Assembly: GCA_050011875.1 (NCBI GenBank)
Contig: JBEKIG010000003.1
Span: 64,001-128,000 of the forward strand
DNA length: 64,000 nt
Reading direction: 5' to 3'
DNA from: Nitrososphaeria archaeon
Lineage (GTDB): Archaea > Thermoproteota > Nitrososphaeria > JACIWG01
Shown: positions 38,567-48,564 of the stretch, in pieces
How the letters are laid out: each line of letters starts with the position of its first letter
How positions within the stretch are numbered: position 1 is the first letter of the stretch
The notes under the pieces: model-generated
Told to the model about the DNA's origin: nothing
Database searches by the model: none
What the model saw: only the letters and a program-made list of their open reading frames with translations
Made by a program: the position numbers and the translations under genes

Positions 38567-39700
38567 CTATTCACTGTAGTACGTTTGCCCATATTTCCAA
38601 GCTTCATCGAACATGGCAACAATGTTCTCAGGCGGCGTAAATGGTTGGATATTATGAACCGATGCTAGAACGTATCCTCCGTCTTTACCTAACTGATTTA
38701 TTCTCAACCTAACTTCTTCTCGAACATCTGATGGTTGACTAAAAGGAAGAATATGCTGCGTGTCTATTGCGCCCCAAAAGGCGACCTTGTCTCCAAACTT
38801 CTCCTTTAGATCATTGCCATCCATCCCTTTTGCTGATACTTGGACAGGATTGATACCTGATACACCAGCATCAACAATGTCATCGATAAGGGAAGATATT
38901 GCCCCATCACTGTGAATTATTACCTTAGCTTTCGTTACACGTTTGAAGGCGTCAACGATTTTTATATGCTTGGGCTTAACGTACTTCCTATAAACTTGCG
39001 GCGATATTATGGCAGCTGTCTGAGCCCCTAGATCATCTCCAAAGAATACGAAATCGAGATAGTTGCCAATAGGTTTGACGTATTCTTCAATTAAACTAAC
39101 CATTATACCCGCAACTTTTTCCATAATGGCATCAGCAATCTTAGGATGCAGTATCATATCAGCTAGAAACTGTTGATAGCCTCTGAGAAGCATCGAATGC
39201 GCAAAGGAGCCAACTATTACATATGGCAGACCTACAGCGTAGTCCTGTTTAGTAAGTCTTTCAGCCTGATCGATCATATCTTCGAGATCATAAGAGATGG
39301 TGTGTGAATCAGGCCAATTGAATTGCTCTATCTCTTCCATATCTTTTGCCTTTGAGAGTGGGCTACCATCCTTTGTCACATCATAATAATATCCTGTGAA
39401 CCTCCTCTTAACACCCCATACATCTAGCATTTCTTTTGGATAGTTGAGCTCTTTTCCAGCAGATTTTGGATAGATATACCTCGTATCTACGTGAAATTTC
39501 CTAAGAACTTTTTCGTCTGGTCTAGACGACCCGCTAATCAAATCTAAAAGCCTGATTTTATCTACGTCTATCTTAAGATTTCTAAGAAGAGGTTTATATG
39601 CTTCAACATGTATCGTAGAAACTGTTCCACCCATATCGATAGGTATACGGTCAGGCTGTTCGTGGTTAAGTGCAGATAGAACTCTTTCTCTGGAGTTCAA
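38567..39700 (-). CDS. Second UROD/MtaA(MT2)-fold protein
   Basis: MNSRERV..AL.H..PDRIPIDMGG, DVWG, GDDLGAQ...ISP, HSDG, INPVQVSA, FWGAIDTQ, GGYVLASVHNIQ..TPPEN. Confidence 0.9.
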   Translation of the reverse strand: MNSRERVLSALNHEQPDRIPIDMGGTVSTIHVEAYKPLLRNLKIDVDKIRLLDLISGSSRPDEKVLRKFHVDTRYIYPKSAGKELNYPKEMLDVWGVKRRFTGYYYDVTKDGSPLSKAKDMEEIEQFNWPDSHTISYDLEDMIDQAERLTKQDYAVGLPYVIVGSFAHSMLLRGYQQFLADMILHPKIADAIMEKVAGIMVSLIEEYVKPIGNYLDFVFFGDDLGAQTAAIISPQVYRKYVKPKHIKIVDAFKRVTKAKVIIHSDGAISSLIDDIVDAGVSGINPVQVSAKGMDGNDLKEKFGDKVAFWGAIDTQHILPFSQPSDVREEVRLRINQLGKDGGYVLASVHNIQPFTPPENIVAMFDEAWKYGQTYYSE

Positions 39701-39859
39701 AATTATCTATCGTCAACTATCTTTTATTAATTCTTTATATTTCTTTTGTGAGGACTAAAAAAACAATTCGTCTATTTCTAAGCATAAAAACAAAAGAAAT
39801 TATTAGCTCGTATAATCTTATAAAAGCTTTTATACTCATTTTAGATATAATAATATTTA

Positions 39860-40264
39860 ATGTCAGTAAAGTTGTTGAATGTTAAGGACGTTAAAATTAT
39901 TAAAGCGCTTGGAGGACCCATAAAACCTATAATCTCCAACGAAACCACAAGTAAAAACCAGGACTTCGCGATGGGCGTCTTCAAACCCAAGGATGGGCTG
40001 TACCCTCATACCCACGTCAATTCAGAGGAAATTTACTTTGTTTTAGAAGGGAGAGGCACTGTTTTTGTCGGAAAAGAAAAGAAGGCTATGAAGATCTCTG
40101 AAGGAGACGTTGTGTACATACCTTCCGGCGTTGTGCATGGCGTTACAAATACGGGGAAGAAGAAGCTTCTGATAGCATTCTTTGTGTCACCAGGAAAGCA
40201 ACACGCAGGCTTTAGCATAGGCAAGGATTGTGTTGTCTTCGAAGAAAAAATTCTGACACCTTAG
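39860..40264 (+). CDS. Cupin-domain protein
   Basis: PHTH..SEEIYFVLEGRG, GDVVYIPSGVVHGV.N. Confidence 0.9.
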   Translation: MSVKLLNVKDVKIIKALGGPIKPIISNETTSKNQDFAMGVFKPKDGLYPHTHVNSEEIYFVLEGRGTVFVGKEKKAMKISEGDVVYIPSGVVHGVTNTGKKKLLIAFFVSPGKQHAGFSIGKDCVVFEEKILTP

Positions 40265-40437
40265 AAAAAACATTGAATAAATAATGTTGATTAAGGCAAA
40301 TGGATTTTAGAGCTTTTTTCACAACCCTTTCCTTTTTTGATACCATTTTTTCTAACTCTAGAGAGTATTTTAAATAACATTTCTGACTATAAAACAAAAA
40401 GATATAGCCAGGATTTTTACAGTGTAAGCTGGTAGAA

Positions 40438-41682
40438 ATGTACCCCAACATGGTAGATGTCAGACAATACTTTGATGCACCTCCAGCGATAGACTATAAA
40501 AATGTACTACGAGAGGAACTGAAAAACGCTGATCTTAAATCAGTCGTGAAACCAGGTACAAGGGTCGCCATAACAGCTGGAAGTAGGGGAGTAACAAACA
40601 TAGCTGATATTATAAAGACAGTTGTTGACGAGGTGAAGAAAGTTGGAGGGATTCCCTTTATCATACCTACAATGGGAAGCCACGGTGGCGCCACTTCTGA
40701 AGGCCAAGTCAGAGTGCTGAGCGACCTTGGTTTGACCGAGAGCTTTGCCGGCGCACCTATAGTGTCATCAATGGAGGTAAAAGAGGTCGCGAGACTCGAC
40801 AACGGTAAACCTGTCTACGTTTCAAAACCTGCTCTTGAAGCTGATGCGATTATAGTTGTTGGCAGGGTTAAGTCCCATACGGATTTCAAGGACGAAGTCG
40901 AGAGCGGCCTTATGAAGATGATGGTTATCGGCCTAGGCAAGCAGAAGGGAGCACAGACATTCCATTCCAATGGAAGATATGGTTACCATAACTTGCTCGT
41001 ACCAACTGCAAGGAAGATCATGGAAAATGCCCCAATCAAGCTTGGCATAGCCATCGTTGAGAACCAGTACCATGAGACAGCCCTGATAAAAGCGCTTAAA
41101 CCTCATGAGATAGAAAGAGAAGAAAGAAAACTTCTTGCAAAATCAAAGGAATGGATAATGACGATCCCTTTCAACCAACTAGATCTGCTCATAGTGGAGA
41201 AGATGGGGAAGAACATCAGCGGTTCAGGGATGGACCCAAATGTTACAGGTAGATTTGCTTGGCCTGAAGAAAAACCAAAGGACCTACCCGACTTAAGAAT
41301 GATTGTTACACTTGATCTAACTAAGGAAACCGAAGGAAACGCAATAGGCGTTGGACTAGCTGATATAATAACGAAAAGGCTATTTGATAAAATAAACTTC
41401 AACGACACATACATGAATTCTTTAACTGCCGGTATGATCGGGATAATCGCAGCCAAGATCCCTACTGTGATGCCAACAGATCAGGACGCCATAGGACTTG
41501 CACTGCGGCTCCTAGACAAGAAGAATGAAGAAGTTCGAGTTATACGTATTAAAAACACTCTTGAACTGGCTACATTCCAAGTATCAGAACCTCTAATCAA
41601 CGAAGTTGAGAAAAATAAAAAACTTGAACTAACCGGTGAAATTGACGAGATGCAGTTCAATATTCTTGGAAATCTTATGTAG
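40438..41682 (+). CDS. LarA-like (lactate racemase domain / DUF362-DUF2088) protein
   Basis: VAITAGSRG, PTMGSHGGAT.EGQ, RVKSHTDF, ESGLMKM..IGLGK, GKNISGSGMDPNVTGR. Confidence 0.8.
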   Translation: MYPNMVDVRQYFDAPPAIDYKNVLREELKNADLKSVVKPGTRVAITAGSRGVTNIADIIKTVVDEVKKVGGIPFIIPTMGSHGGATSEGQVRVLSDLGLTESFAGAPIVSSMEVKEVARLDNGKPVYVSKPALEADAIIVVGRVKSHTDFKDEVESGLMKMMVIGLGKQKGAQTFHSNGRYGYHNLLVPTARKIMENAPIKLGIAIVENQYHETALIKALKPHEIEREERKLLAKSKEWIMTIPFNQLDLLIVEKMGKNISGSGMDPNVTGRFAWPEEKPKDLPDLRMIVTLDLTKETEGNAIGVGLADIITKRLFDKINFNDTYMNSLTAGMIGIIAAKIPTVMPTDQDAIGLALRLLDKKNEEVRVIRIKNTLELATFQVSEPLINEVEKNKKLELTGEIDEMQFNILGNLM

Positions 41683-41744
41683 TAGATGCTTAAAGCTCTT
41701 TAAAAGGATACAGTTAAAAATCATCGGTATCTGTATTAGTATAG

Positions 41745-42719
41745 CTATCTTGCGGCATTTGTTACTCCGCTTACGTGAAAGCAGGACACAAGGTGCCCGA
41801 CACCTTCAAGTTTTGGTTCCTTTGAGCGGCATAGGTCATCTGAATATGGACAGCGTGGACTAAACTTGCAGCCTTTTACGACCCCATTTGATCCTTCATG
41901 AATAACATTGTAATTTGACACATCGTATTTGTTTGACATGTAAAGAGATGGAACAGAGGATATAAGTAACTTTGTATAGGGATGAAGAGGATTGTTGAAT
42001 ACTTCGTTGCTTTCACCTATTTCCACAAGCTCTCCTAGATACATGACGCCCACTCTATTACTCACATAACTTACAACTGAGAGGTTGTGGGAAATGAACA
42101 AATAGGATAAGCCAATTTTTTTCTGGATTTCAGTAAGTAAGTTCAAGATCTGAGCCTGTACAGACACGTCGAGAGCCGAAGTCGGTTCGTCTAGGACAAT
42201 AAATTCGGGTTCAGCTAAAATAGCTCTTGCGACAGCAACTCTCTGTTTCATCCCTCCACTTAAATGGTGTGGAAACATGTCTATGACGTCAGGTCTAAGG
42301 CCGACGTCTTCGACAACGCTCTTTATTCGGTCATGACAGTTCCCCTTATAACCGCTGCATTCGAGACCCTCTAACAAAATCTTGCCAATCTTCATCCTCG
42401 GATCTAGTGACGAGTCAGGGTTTTGGAAAACTACCTGCATTTTTCTTCTCGCTTCTTTGACGACTTTCTTCTTAGCTTTCAACAGATCTAAGTCCTTAAA
42501 GAGCACCCTACCAGAACTCGGCCGTTCCAACCAGAGGAGAAGCCTTCCGAGTGTGCTTTTACCACTGCCACTTTCACCAACAAGCCCGAAGACTTCTTTA
42601 GCTCGAATTGAAATATTGACTCCTTCGACAGCTTTAAGCACACTTGATTTAGTGGTTGAAACCTTAACGTCATAGAACTTTGATAGATTTTCTCCTCTAA
42701 CGATTTCCACAAATGTCAC
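41745..42719 (-). CDS. dppF: Dpp/Opp ABC transporter ATPase (DppF/OppF)
   Basis: GESGSGKST, LSGGMKQR, LDEPTSALD, HPYT, C-terminal GC.F..RCP Cys domain. Confidence 0.93.
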   Translation of the reverse strand: MTFVEIVRGENLSKFYDVKVSTTKSSVLKAVEGVNISIRAKEVFGLVGESGSGKSTLGRLLLWLERPSSGRVLFKDLDLLKAKKKVVKEARRKMQVVFQNPDSSLDPRMKIGKILLEGLECSGYKGNCHDRIKSVVEDVGLRPDVIDMFPHHLSGGMKQRVAVARAILAEPEFIVLDEPTSALDVSVQAQILNLLTEIQKKIGLSYLFISHNLSVVSYVSNRVGVMYLGELVEIGESNEVFNNPLHPYTKLLISSVPSLYMSNKYDVSNYNVIHEGSNGVVKGCKFSPRCPYSDDLCRSKEPKLEGVGHLVSCFHVSGVTNAAR

Positions 42720-43675
42720 CTCACTCTATTACAAGCTATAAGCCTCCCCTCTATTGGCACAAGTTCGGGTTCATCAAGCCTACAATACTCTTGCGCATAC
42801 GGGCAGCGTGGACGAAACTTGCAACCTTCAGGAAGGTTAGACATGTCGGGTACGTTTCCTGGCAGTGGTTTAAGGACACCCTTTTGCCCTTTTGGAATAC
42901 AGCTCATCAATGAGAGCGTGTAGGGGTGTTTTGGGTTGTTAAAGATGTCCTCTAAAGAGCCCATTTCAAGAATTCTTCCAGCGTACATTATCCCGATATA
43001 ATTGCAGACTTCTGCGGCGACGCCCATGTCGTGTGTTATCAAGATCATCGATAGGCCTTTGCTTTCTGAAAGGTTTCTGATAAGCTTCAGTATCTGATCC
43101 TGTATCGTTACATCAAGTGCAGAAGTTGGTTCATCGGCTATTATTAGGCGAGGGCCAAGCGCTATAGCCATGGCTATAATTATTCTCTGTTTCATCCCTC
43201 CACTTAGCTGGTGTGGATAGTAGCCCATCCGCTTTCCTGCATCAGGTATTCCAACTATTTTTAGAAGGCCTAAGCTTCTATTATATGCTTCCGATTTAGA
43301 AAAACCGTGTGATGTGAAGACTTCCATTACCTGTTCTCCGACACGCATAACTGGGTTGAGTGCTGATCCTGGATCTTGGAAAATGATTGAGACTTCAGAG
43401 CCCCTCATCTTCCTAATCTCTTCTTCTTCGAGCTTAAGTAAATCCAGACCTTCAAGGAGGACTTCTCCTGTAATCTCTGCTGGACAAAGCCTGATAATTG
43501 AGAGACCTAAGGTGCTCTTGCCGCTTCCACTTTCCCCTACTATAGCGACCCTGTCGCCCTTCTTAAGGGTGAAGCTAACTCCATCAACAGCTCTTATTGT
43601 AGAACCACTTAGCTTATAGTTGACTTTCAGATTGCGAACATCGAGCAGAACCTTATTTGACTGCAATGACCTCAC
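42716..43675 (-). CDS. dppD: Dpp/Opp ABC transporter ATPase (DppD/OppD)
   Basis: GESGSGKST, YPHQLSGGMKQR, IADEPTSALD, ITHD, HPYT. Confidence 0.93.
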   Translation of the reverse strand: MRSLQSNKVLLDVRNLKVNYKLSGSTIRAVDGVSFTLKKGDRVAIVGESGSGKSTLGLSIIRLCPAEITGEVLLEGLDLLKLEEEEIRKMRGSEVSIIFQDPGSALNPVMRVGEQVMEVFTSHGFSKSEAYNRSLGLLKIVGIPDAGKRMGYYPHQLSGGMKQRIIIAMAIALGPRLIIADEPTSALDVTIQDQILKLIRNLSESKGLSMILITHDMGVAAEVCNYIGIMYAGRILEMGSLEDIFNNPKHPYTLSLMSCIPKGQKGVLKPLPGNVPDMSNLPEGCKFRPRCPYAQEYCRLDEPELVPIEGRLIACNRVR

Positions 43676-44474
43676 CTATTCTGTCTCCAATCCTGTTGAA
43701 TGAAAATACTACAAGAAATACGGCAAGTCCTGGGAAAATAATTATGTGGGGAGCATAGAAAATATATGCACTCCCCGTACCCAGCATCGTCCCCCATTCG
43801 GGCTGGGGCGGTGGAATACCTATTCCTAAGAAACCAAGGCCTGAAATAAAAAGAATTGCGGTTCCAAGGTTCAAAGTAACCTGGGCGATCAGTGTGGGAG
43901 AAATATTTGGAATAATGTGTCTCGTCATTACTTTCATATTTCTGACGCCTAGCTGTTTTGCTGCCGAGACATATTCTAGTTCCTTCACCTGCAACGTCAA
44001 CCCTCTAGCCATCCTTATAAATGATGGGATCATAGCCAAAGCTACTGAAACTATTACTGTAGTCAGGTTATTGCCCATGATTGCGATGAACATTATAGCA
44101 AGCAAGAAACCCGGCAGTGCCAGAAGGACGTCTGTTAGCCTTTGAATAACCATATCCACAGCGCCACCATAAAAACCGGAAAAAACTCCCCCGATTATTC
44201 CCACTGCAGCGCCTACTGCCGTAGCTGCGAACGCTATAGAGAGCGTCAACCTTGCGCCGTAGATAACTCTGCTCAAGATGTCTCTTCCTAGTTCATCGGT
44301 GCCAAATGGATGAGATAAACTGGGAGGCTGGCAGCTCTGCGAAAGATTTGTAGCTAAAGGATTGTAGGGTGCAATAAAGTTAGCAAATAAACCCATTGCT
44401 ATGAAAGCTGACAATAAGAGCACGCAAACAAGGACCATCTTGTATCTTAGAACTTCCTTTATAGTCGAAATCAT
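43653..44474 (-). CDS. dppC: Dpp/Opp ABC permease (DppC/OppC)
   Basis: PPSLSHPFGTDELGRDILSRVIYGAR, EAA-like EYVSAAKQLG, PPPQPEWG. Confidence 0.93.
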   Translation of the reverse strand: MISTIKEVLRYKMVLVCVLLLSAFIAMGLFANFIAPYNPLATNLSQSCQPPSLSHPFGTDELGRDILSRVIYGARLTLSIAFAATAVGAAVGIIGGVFSGFYGGAVDMVIQRLTDVLLALPGFLLAIMFIAIMGNNLTTVIVSVALAMIPSFIRMARGLTLQVKELEYVSAAKQLGVRNMKVMTRHIIPNISPTLIAQVTLNLGTAILFISGLGFLGIGIPPPQPEWGTMLGTGSAYIFYAPHIIIFPGLAVFLVVFSFNRIGDRIGEVIAVK

Positions 44475-45397
44475 TTGAGATTCACCCGAGGGTCAACAAC
44501 CGTATAGATGACGTCTACAGCAAGGTTAACCAGAGCATAAAAAAGGGCGAAAATGAATATGGAACCTTGCACCATAGGGTAGTCCCGGGACTCTATTGAA
44601 TCGACAATCAACCTTCCGAGTCCGGGCCAAGCGAAGACATTTTCCACGATAACAGCCCCGCCGAGCAGGGCACCAAATTGTAGGCCGACTATGGTTATGA
44701 CCGGGATTAACGCATTTCTAAGAATATGCTTGTAAAGCACAACCCTTTCACTTAAACCTTTTGATCTTGCTGTTATTACATAGTTCTTCTCCATCGTGTC
44801 AATTACACTGGCTTTGGTTATCTTTACGACAAAAGCCATCAGATAAAGTGCTATGGTAACAGTTGGCAAGATATAGTTTGCAGGGGAACCGGTTCCACCT
44901 GCTGGTAGAATATGTAAGCTTACGGCGAATATCATTATCAGTATCAACCCAAGCCAATAAATTGGCATCGAAATGCCAGCGATTGAAAAAGATGAAATTA
45001 ATGTGTCGAAAAAGGTGTTTTTTCTTGATGCCGCAAAAACCCCTAATGGAATACCTAGAATGACCGCTAGGATGGTGCCTCCTAAGGCTAAGGAGAGCGT
45101 GTATGGAAACCTTGAAAGAACTTCTGTAAGAACGGGAGACCTTGTCCTTGCTGAGACACCCAGATTGAATGTAAATAGGTTGCTCATATAAATAAAATAC
45201 TGTACATAAATGGGTTTATCAAGGCCAAGCTGTTGTCTAAGAGCTGCAACATCTTGTGGACTTGCCATAAGACCGGCTAGCACTCTAGCAGGGTCCCCTG
45301 GTATAAGCCTAACAAGAATGAAAAGGAATGTAACTAAACCTATCAGAGTGGGTATGAGAAGCAGGAGCCTTTTAAAAAAATAGGAGAGGGCTGACAG
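44471..45397 (-). CDS. dppB: Dpp/Opp ABC permease (DppB/OppB), probable CTG start
   Basis: The frame extends 38 codons beyond the track start: LSALSYFFKRLLLLIPTLIGLVTFLFILVRLIPGDPAR. CTG at 45397 lies 7 nt after an AGGTG SD. Also TARSKGL, HILRNAL, RDYP. Confidence 0.9.
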   Translation of the reverse strand: MSALSYFFKRLLLLIPTLIGLVTFLFILVRLIPGDPARVLAGLMASPQDVAALRQQLGLDKPIYVQYFIYMSNLFTFNLGVSARTRSPVLTEVLSRFPYTLSLALGGTILAVILGIPLGVFAASRKNTFFDTLISSFSIAGISMPIYWLGLILIMIFAVSLHILPAGGTGSPANYILPTVTIALYLMAFVVKITKASVIDTMEKNYVITARSKGLSERVVLYKHILRNALIPVITIVGLQFGALLGGAVIVENVFAWPGLGRLIVDSIESRDYPMVQGSIFIFALFYALVNLAVDVIYTVVDPRVNLK

Positions 45398-45413
45398 TAT
45401 CGTACACCTGTCA

Positions 45414-47096
45414 TCATGAAATTGTTACTTTTCTGATGTCAAATGTTTCATAGGGACTGATGATTAACCCATGAATTCTGCTACTTGTTACGATAACGAA
45501 TTTTTGACTGTATAGGAATATCCATGGAGCATCATCCCATATGTCCTTCTGCGCGATAGCGTACATTTGGAGCCTATAGGTACTATTACTCGATTGCCTA
45601 CCTTGTTCAAGAGCCCAATCTACAGTTGCGTTTTTGTAGAACATTGTGTTAAATTTGCCTGGTGCCCATTGTGATGAGTCGAATACTGGGTAGAGCATCT
45701 GATCTGCGTCTGGAACAGTCATAGCATATCCTATCAAGGTCAGATCCCAAGTGGTTGAAGTTGCGTTACCTCCCATCAGCTCGCTGACGAAGGTTGGCCA
45801 GTCCGGAGTAGATATTGTCACATTTATACCCACCTGTGCGAGCATGGACTGTATTGCTTCACCAACTTGTGTGTCAAAAAGGTATCTACCTGTAGGACAC
45901 AGCATCTTCAACGTAAACCCGTTTGGATACCCTGCAGCCGCAAGTAGCTCTTTAGCTTTCGTAACGTTATATGTGTACTGTTGTTGTGGCGAATAGCCGA
46001 AAAACGTTTGCGGTACCGCGCTATTGTAAACTGTTCCCATGTTGAAGAGGACGTACTTGACTATGGAGTTCTTATCGATTGCGTAGTTTAGGGCTTGTCT
46101 GACTCTTACATCCTTGAGTGGACCTTTCTGTGTTTCTATGTTAACACAAAGCATTCTTGAACTGTTTGCCATTATTACATTGACGCCAGCTGTCGAGTTC
46201 AGTTTAAGAATGTCTGTTGGAGGAGGGGACAGTATCATATCTAGGTCTCCAGATAGCAACATAGCTTCCCTTGTCGTAGCATCTGGTACGATCACCCATG
46301 TGACTTGATCAAAAGCCGCAGGTCCACCCCAATATTGGTTAAACCTTGTAAAGGTTATATGATCGCCTTTAACCCATTCCTTGAACATAAAAGGCCCTGT
46401 ACCCAGACCAGCAAGAGAGCTTTTAATACCTGCTTCACCGAGTTTTGCGTAAGATGTAGGCGAAATTATTGGAAACATCGAAGTAGCCATAATAAAGGGA
46501 GCGAATGGGTATTTTAGGTTGAATTGAACCGAATATGTACCTGTGATTTCTGTTGAATTAAGGCAGGCAATTGAACTTCTCAGAGGAACTGTTACGTTAG
46601 GGTTCAGAGCTCTATCAAACGAGAACTTGACAGCTGTCGCATTAAAGTCAGTGCCATCCTGGAACTTGATGTTCTTTCTTAGTTGGACATCAACTTTGAG
46701 ACCGTCAGAGGATACTGTATAGCTTTCGGCGAGGAGGTTCACTACTTTTCCATTTTGGTCGTAGTAGAACAAAGGTTCAACTGCGAATTGAATCATGTTC
46801 TCAATGGTCGTTGTAGTTTGACCATCGGGATCTAAAGTATCAGGGTCTGTTCCTATACCTATCCGTAGGTTAGTCGAAGTTGAATTAGAGCTTGATGTTG
46901 GAATGGTCGACGTACTCGTGGAAGTCGAAGTAGATGCTGAGCTAGTTGTAGTGCTTGTTGAAGTTGGAGAGAAGGAAGTTGTGGTCTTCATCGTTCCCGA
47001 AAGGTAAATGGCTGAAACTCCAGCAATCACAATAACAACTGCTACTGCGATAACCAACATCTTATTCAAAGCTCTCATCTGCCTATTGGTTGACAT
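45414..47096 (-). CDS. dppA: Family 5 ABC substrate-binding protein with N-terminal anchor and Ser/Thr-rich linker
   Basis: TM anchor, TTTSFSPTSTSTTTSS... linker, DPDTLDP, LAESY, GTGPF, DVRVRQALNYAIDK. Confidence 0.93.
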   Translation of the reverse strand: MSTNRQMRALNKMLVIAVAVVIVIAGVSAIYLSGTMKTTTSFSPTSTSTTTSSASTSTSTSTSTIPTSSSNSTSTNLRIGIGTDPDTLDPDGQTTTTIENMIQFAVEPLFYYDQNGKVVNLLAESYTVSSDGLKVDVQLRKNIKFQDGTDFNATAVKFSFDRALNPNVTVPLRSSIACLNSTEITGTYSVQFNLKYPFAPFIMATSMFPIISPTSYAKLGEAGIKSSLAGLGTGPFMFKEWVKGDHITFTRFNQYWGGPAAFDQVTWVIVPDATTREAMLLSGDLDMILSPPPTDILKLNSTAGVNVIMANSSRMLCVNIETQKGPLKDVRVRQALNYAIDKNSIVKYVLFNMGTVYNSAVPQTFFGYSPQQQYTYNVTKAKELLAAAGYPNGFTLKMLCPTGRYLFDTQVGEAIQSMLAQVGINVTISTPDWPTFVSELMGGNATSTTWDLTLIGYAMTVPDADQMLYPVFDSSQWAPGKFNTMFYKNATVDWALEQGRQSSNSTYRLQMYAIAQKDIWDDAPWIFLYSQKFVIVTSSRIHGLIISPYETFDIRKVTIS

Positions 47097-47099
47097 TGT

Positions 47100-48365
47100 T
47101 TAGAACCCCCTCTTCGCGTGTATCGAACCTTCCTTGACGACGAGCCTAATGTTGTCCCTCTTCTGTAGTAGACCGATATCATCTAGAGGGTTACCATTAA
47201 CTGCTATCAAGTCGGCAAACTTGCCTGCTTCAAGTGTCCCCGTCATGTTTGTAAGCCCACACGCTTGAGCGCCGGTCTTGGTTGCTGCAACTATCGCCTC
47301 CATGGGTGTGAAATTGCATTTTTCTACCAGCAGTTGTAGTTCCATAGCGTTGGTTCCGAACTTTAACATTGGGGTTCCAACGAAATCTGTTCCCGTAGCT
47401 ATTTTGACTCCAAGTTTTTTTGCTGCAGAAATATTTTTTACATGGTCTTCGATTACTTCCATAGACTTTTTCAAACCCCATTCTGGAGTACCTGCTTCTC
47501 TGCCCTTTGCTATCAGCTGGTGAACGATAGATAACGTTGGAACAACGATCGCATCCTTTTCAACCATCATCTTCGCAGCTTCTTCATCGATGTATATTCC
47601 GTGCTCGATCGTTTTAACACCCGCAACGAGGGCGTTCTTGATTCCTCTCGCACCCTGTGCGTGAGAGGCTACGAATGTACCGACTTTCCTGGCTTCGTTT
47701 ACTATTGCACCTATCTCCTCTACCGTGAATTGTTCGTCGTTTGGCTTGTCCCTCTCAGACATAACCCCTCCTGTGGAGCATATTTTTATGAAGTTCGCAC
47801 CCTCTCTTAGCGCAAGTCTGGCAGCTCGCATGCATTCAGGGACACCATCGCAAATAATACTGCCCATACCCTGTTTATACTCACTCCTCTTTTTTGCTAT
47901 CTCAAGAGGAAAGAAATGTTCGTCGCCATGGCCGAAGGTTTGAGTAAGCACCCTTCCCGATGCGACGATTCTAGGTCCCCTTGTTATACCGGCTTCAACC
48001 GCCATTCGAAGATATGGGCCGTTATTTCCTCCACAGTCTCTAACAGTTGTGAAACCTGCGTCAAGTAGATCCTGTATATCGTAAATAGCTTTTATGAGTA
48101 GAAGCTCTGTTGGTCTTATTATAGTTTCCTCTACGAATTTGTCAGTCCAGTGACCGGCGATATGCAGGTGTGAGTCGATCATGCCTGGCATAACGGTGAA
48201 ATTTCCGGCATCTAAAACTTCTAGGGATGAATCCACACGCTTCGATATTGAATCAATTTTTCCATTGTTTATGACGACAAAGACATCGTGCAGAGGTTTA
48301 TTACCAGTACCATCTATTAGCAGCCCAGATTTTATAGCGTATTTAGTGCTGTTTTTATCTGACAT
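47100..48365 (-). CDS. Metal-dependent amidohydrolase (Xaa-Pro dipeptidase-like subgroup)
   Basis: PGMIDSHLH, GFTTVRD, GHGD, IKICSTGGV, SHAQG, IEHG, GTD, GKFADLI. Confidence 0.92.
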   Translation of the reverse strand: MSDKNSTKYAIKSGLLIDGTGNKPLHDVFVVINNGKIDSISKRVDSSLEVLDAGNFTVMPGMIDSHLHIAGHWTDKFVEETIIRPTELLLIKAIYDIQDLLDAGFTTVRDCGGNNGPYLRMAVEAGITRGPRIVASGRVLTQTFGHGDEHFFPLEIAKKRSEYKQGMGSIICDGVPECMRAARLALREGANFIKICSTGGVMSERDKPNDEQFTVEEIGAIVNEARKVGTFVASHAQGARGIKNALVAGVKTIEHGIYIDEEAAKMMVEKDAIVVPTLSIVHQLIAKGREAGTPEWGLKKSMEVIEDHVKNISAAKKLGVKIATGTDFVGTPMLKFGTNAMELQLLVEKCNFTPMEAIVAATKTGAQACGLTNMTGTLEAGKFADLIAVNGNPLDDIGLLQKRDNIRLVVKEGSIHAKRGF

Positions 48366-48564
48366 TTGTAAATCAGAGCTATTTAAGAATTGTATATAAA
48401 CTTTTAAATGTTAATAAGATAAAAATTTTAATTTTTTGACGATTAAAGAAAAAAAATAAACTTTATGATACCCATCCTAGAAATTAACATGTTTAACTTA
48501 ATATATTCCTGTCATCTACGAGTTAGACTAATATTGTGAAAGAGAATAATTATATCGCTAAAAC

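Noticed and set aside
46870-46990. Low-complexity repeat-like DNA
   Set aside because: Explained by the Ser/Thr-rich linker of DppA. Not a CRISPR array or tandem repeat.
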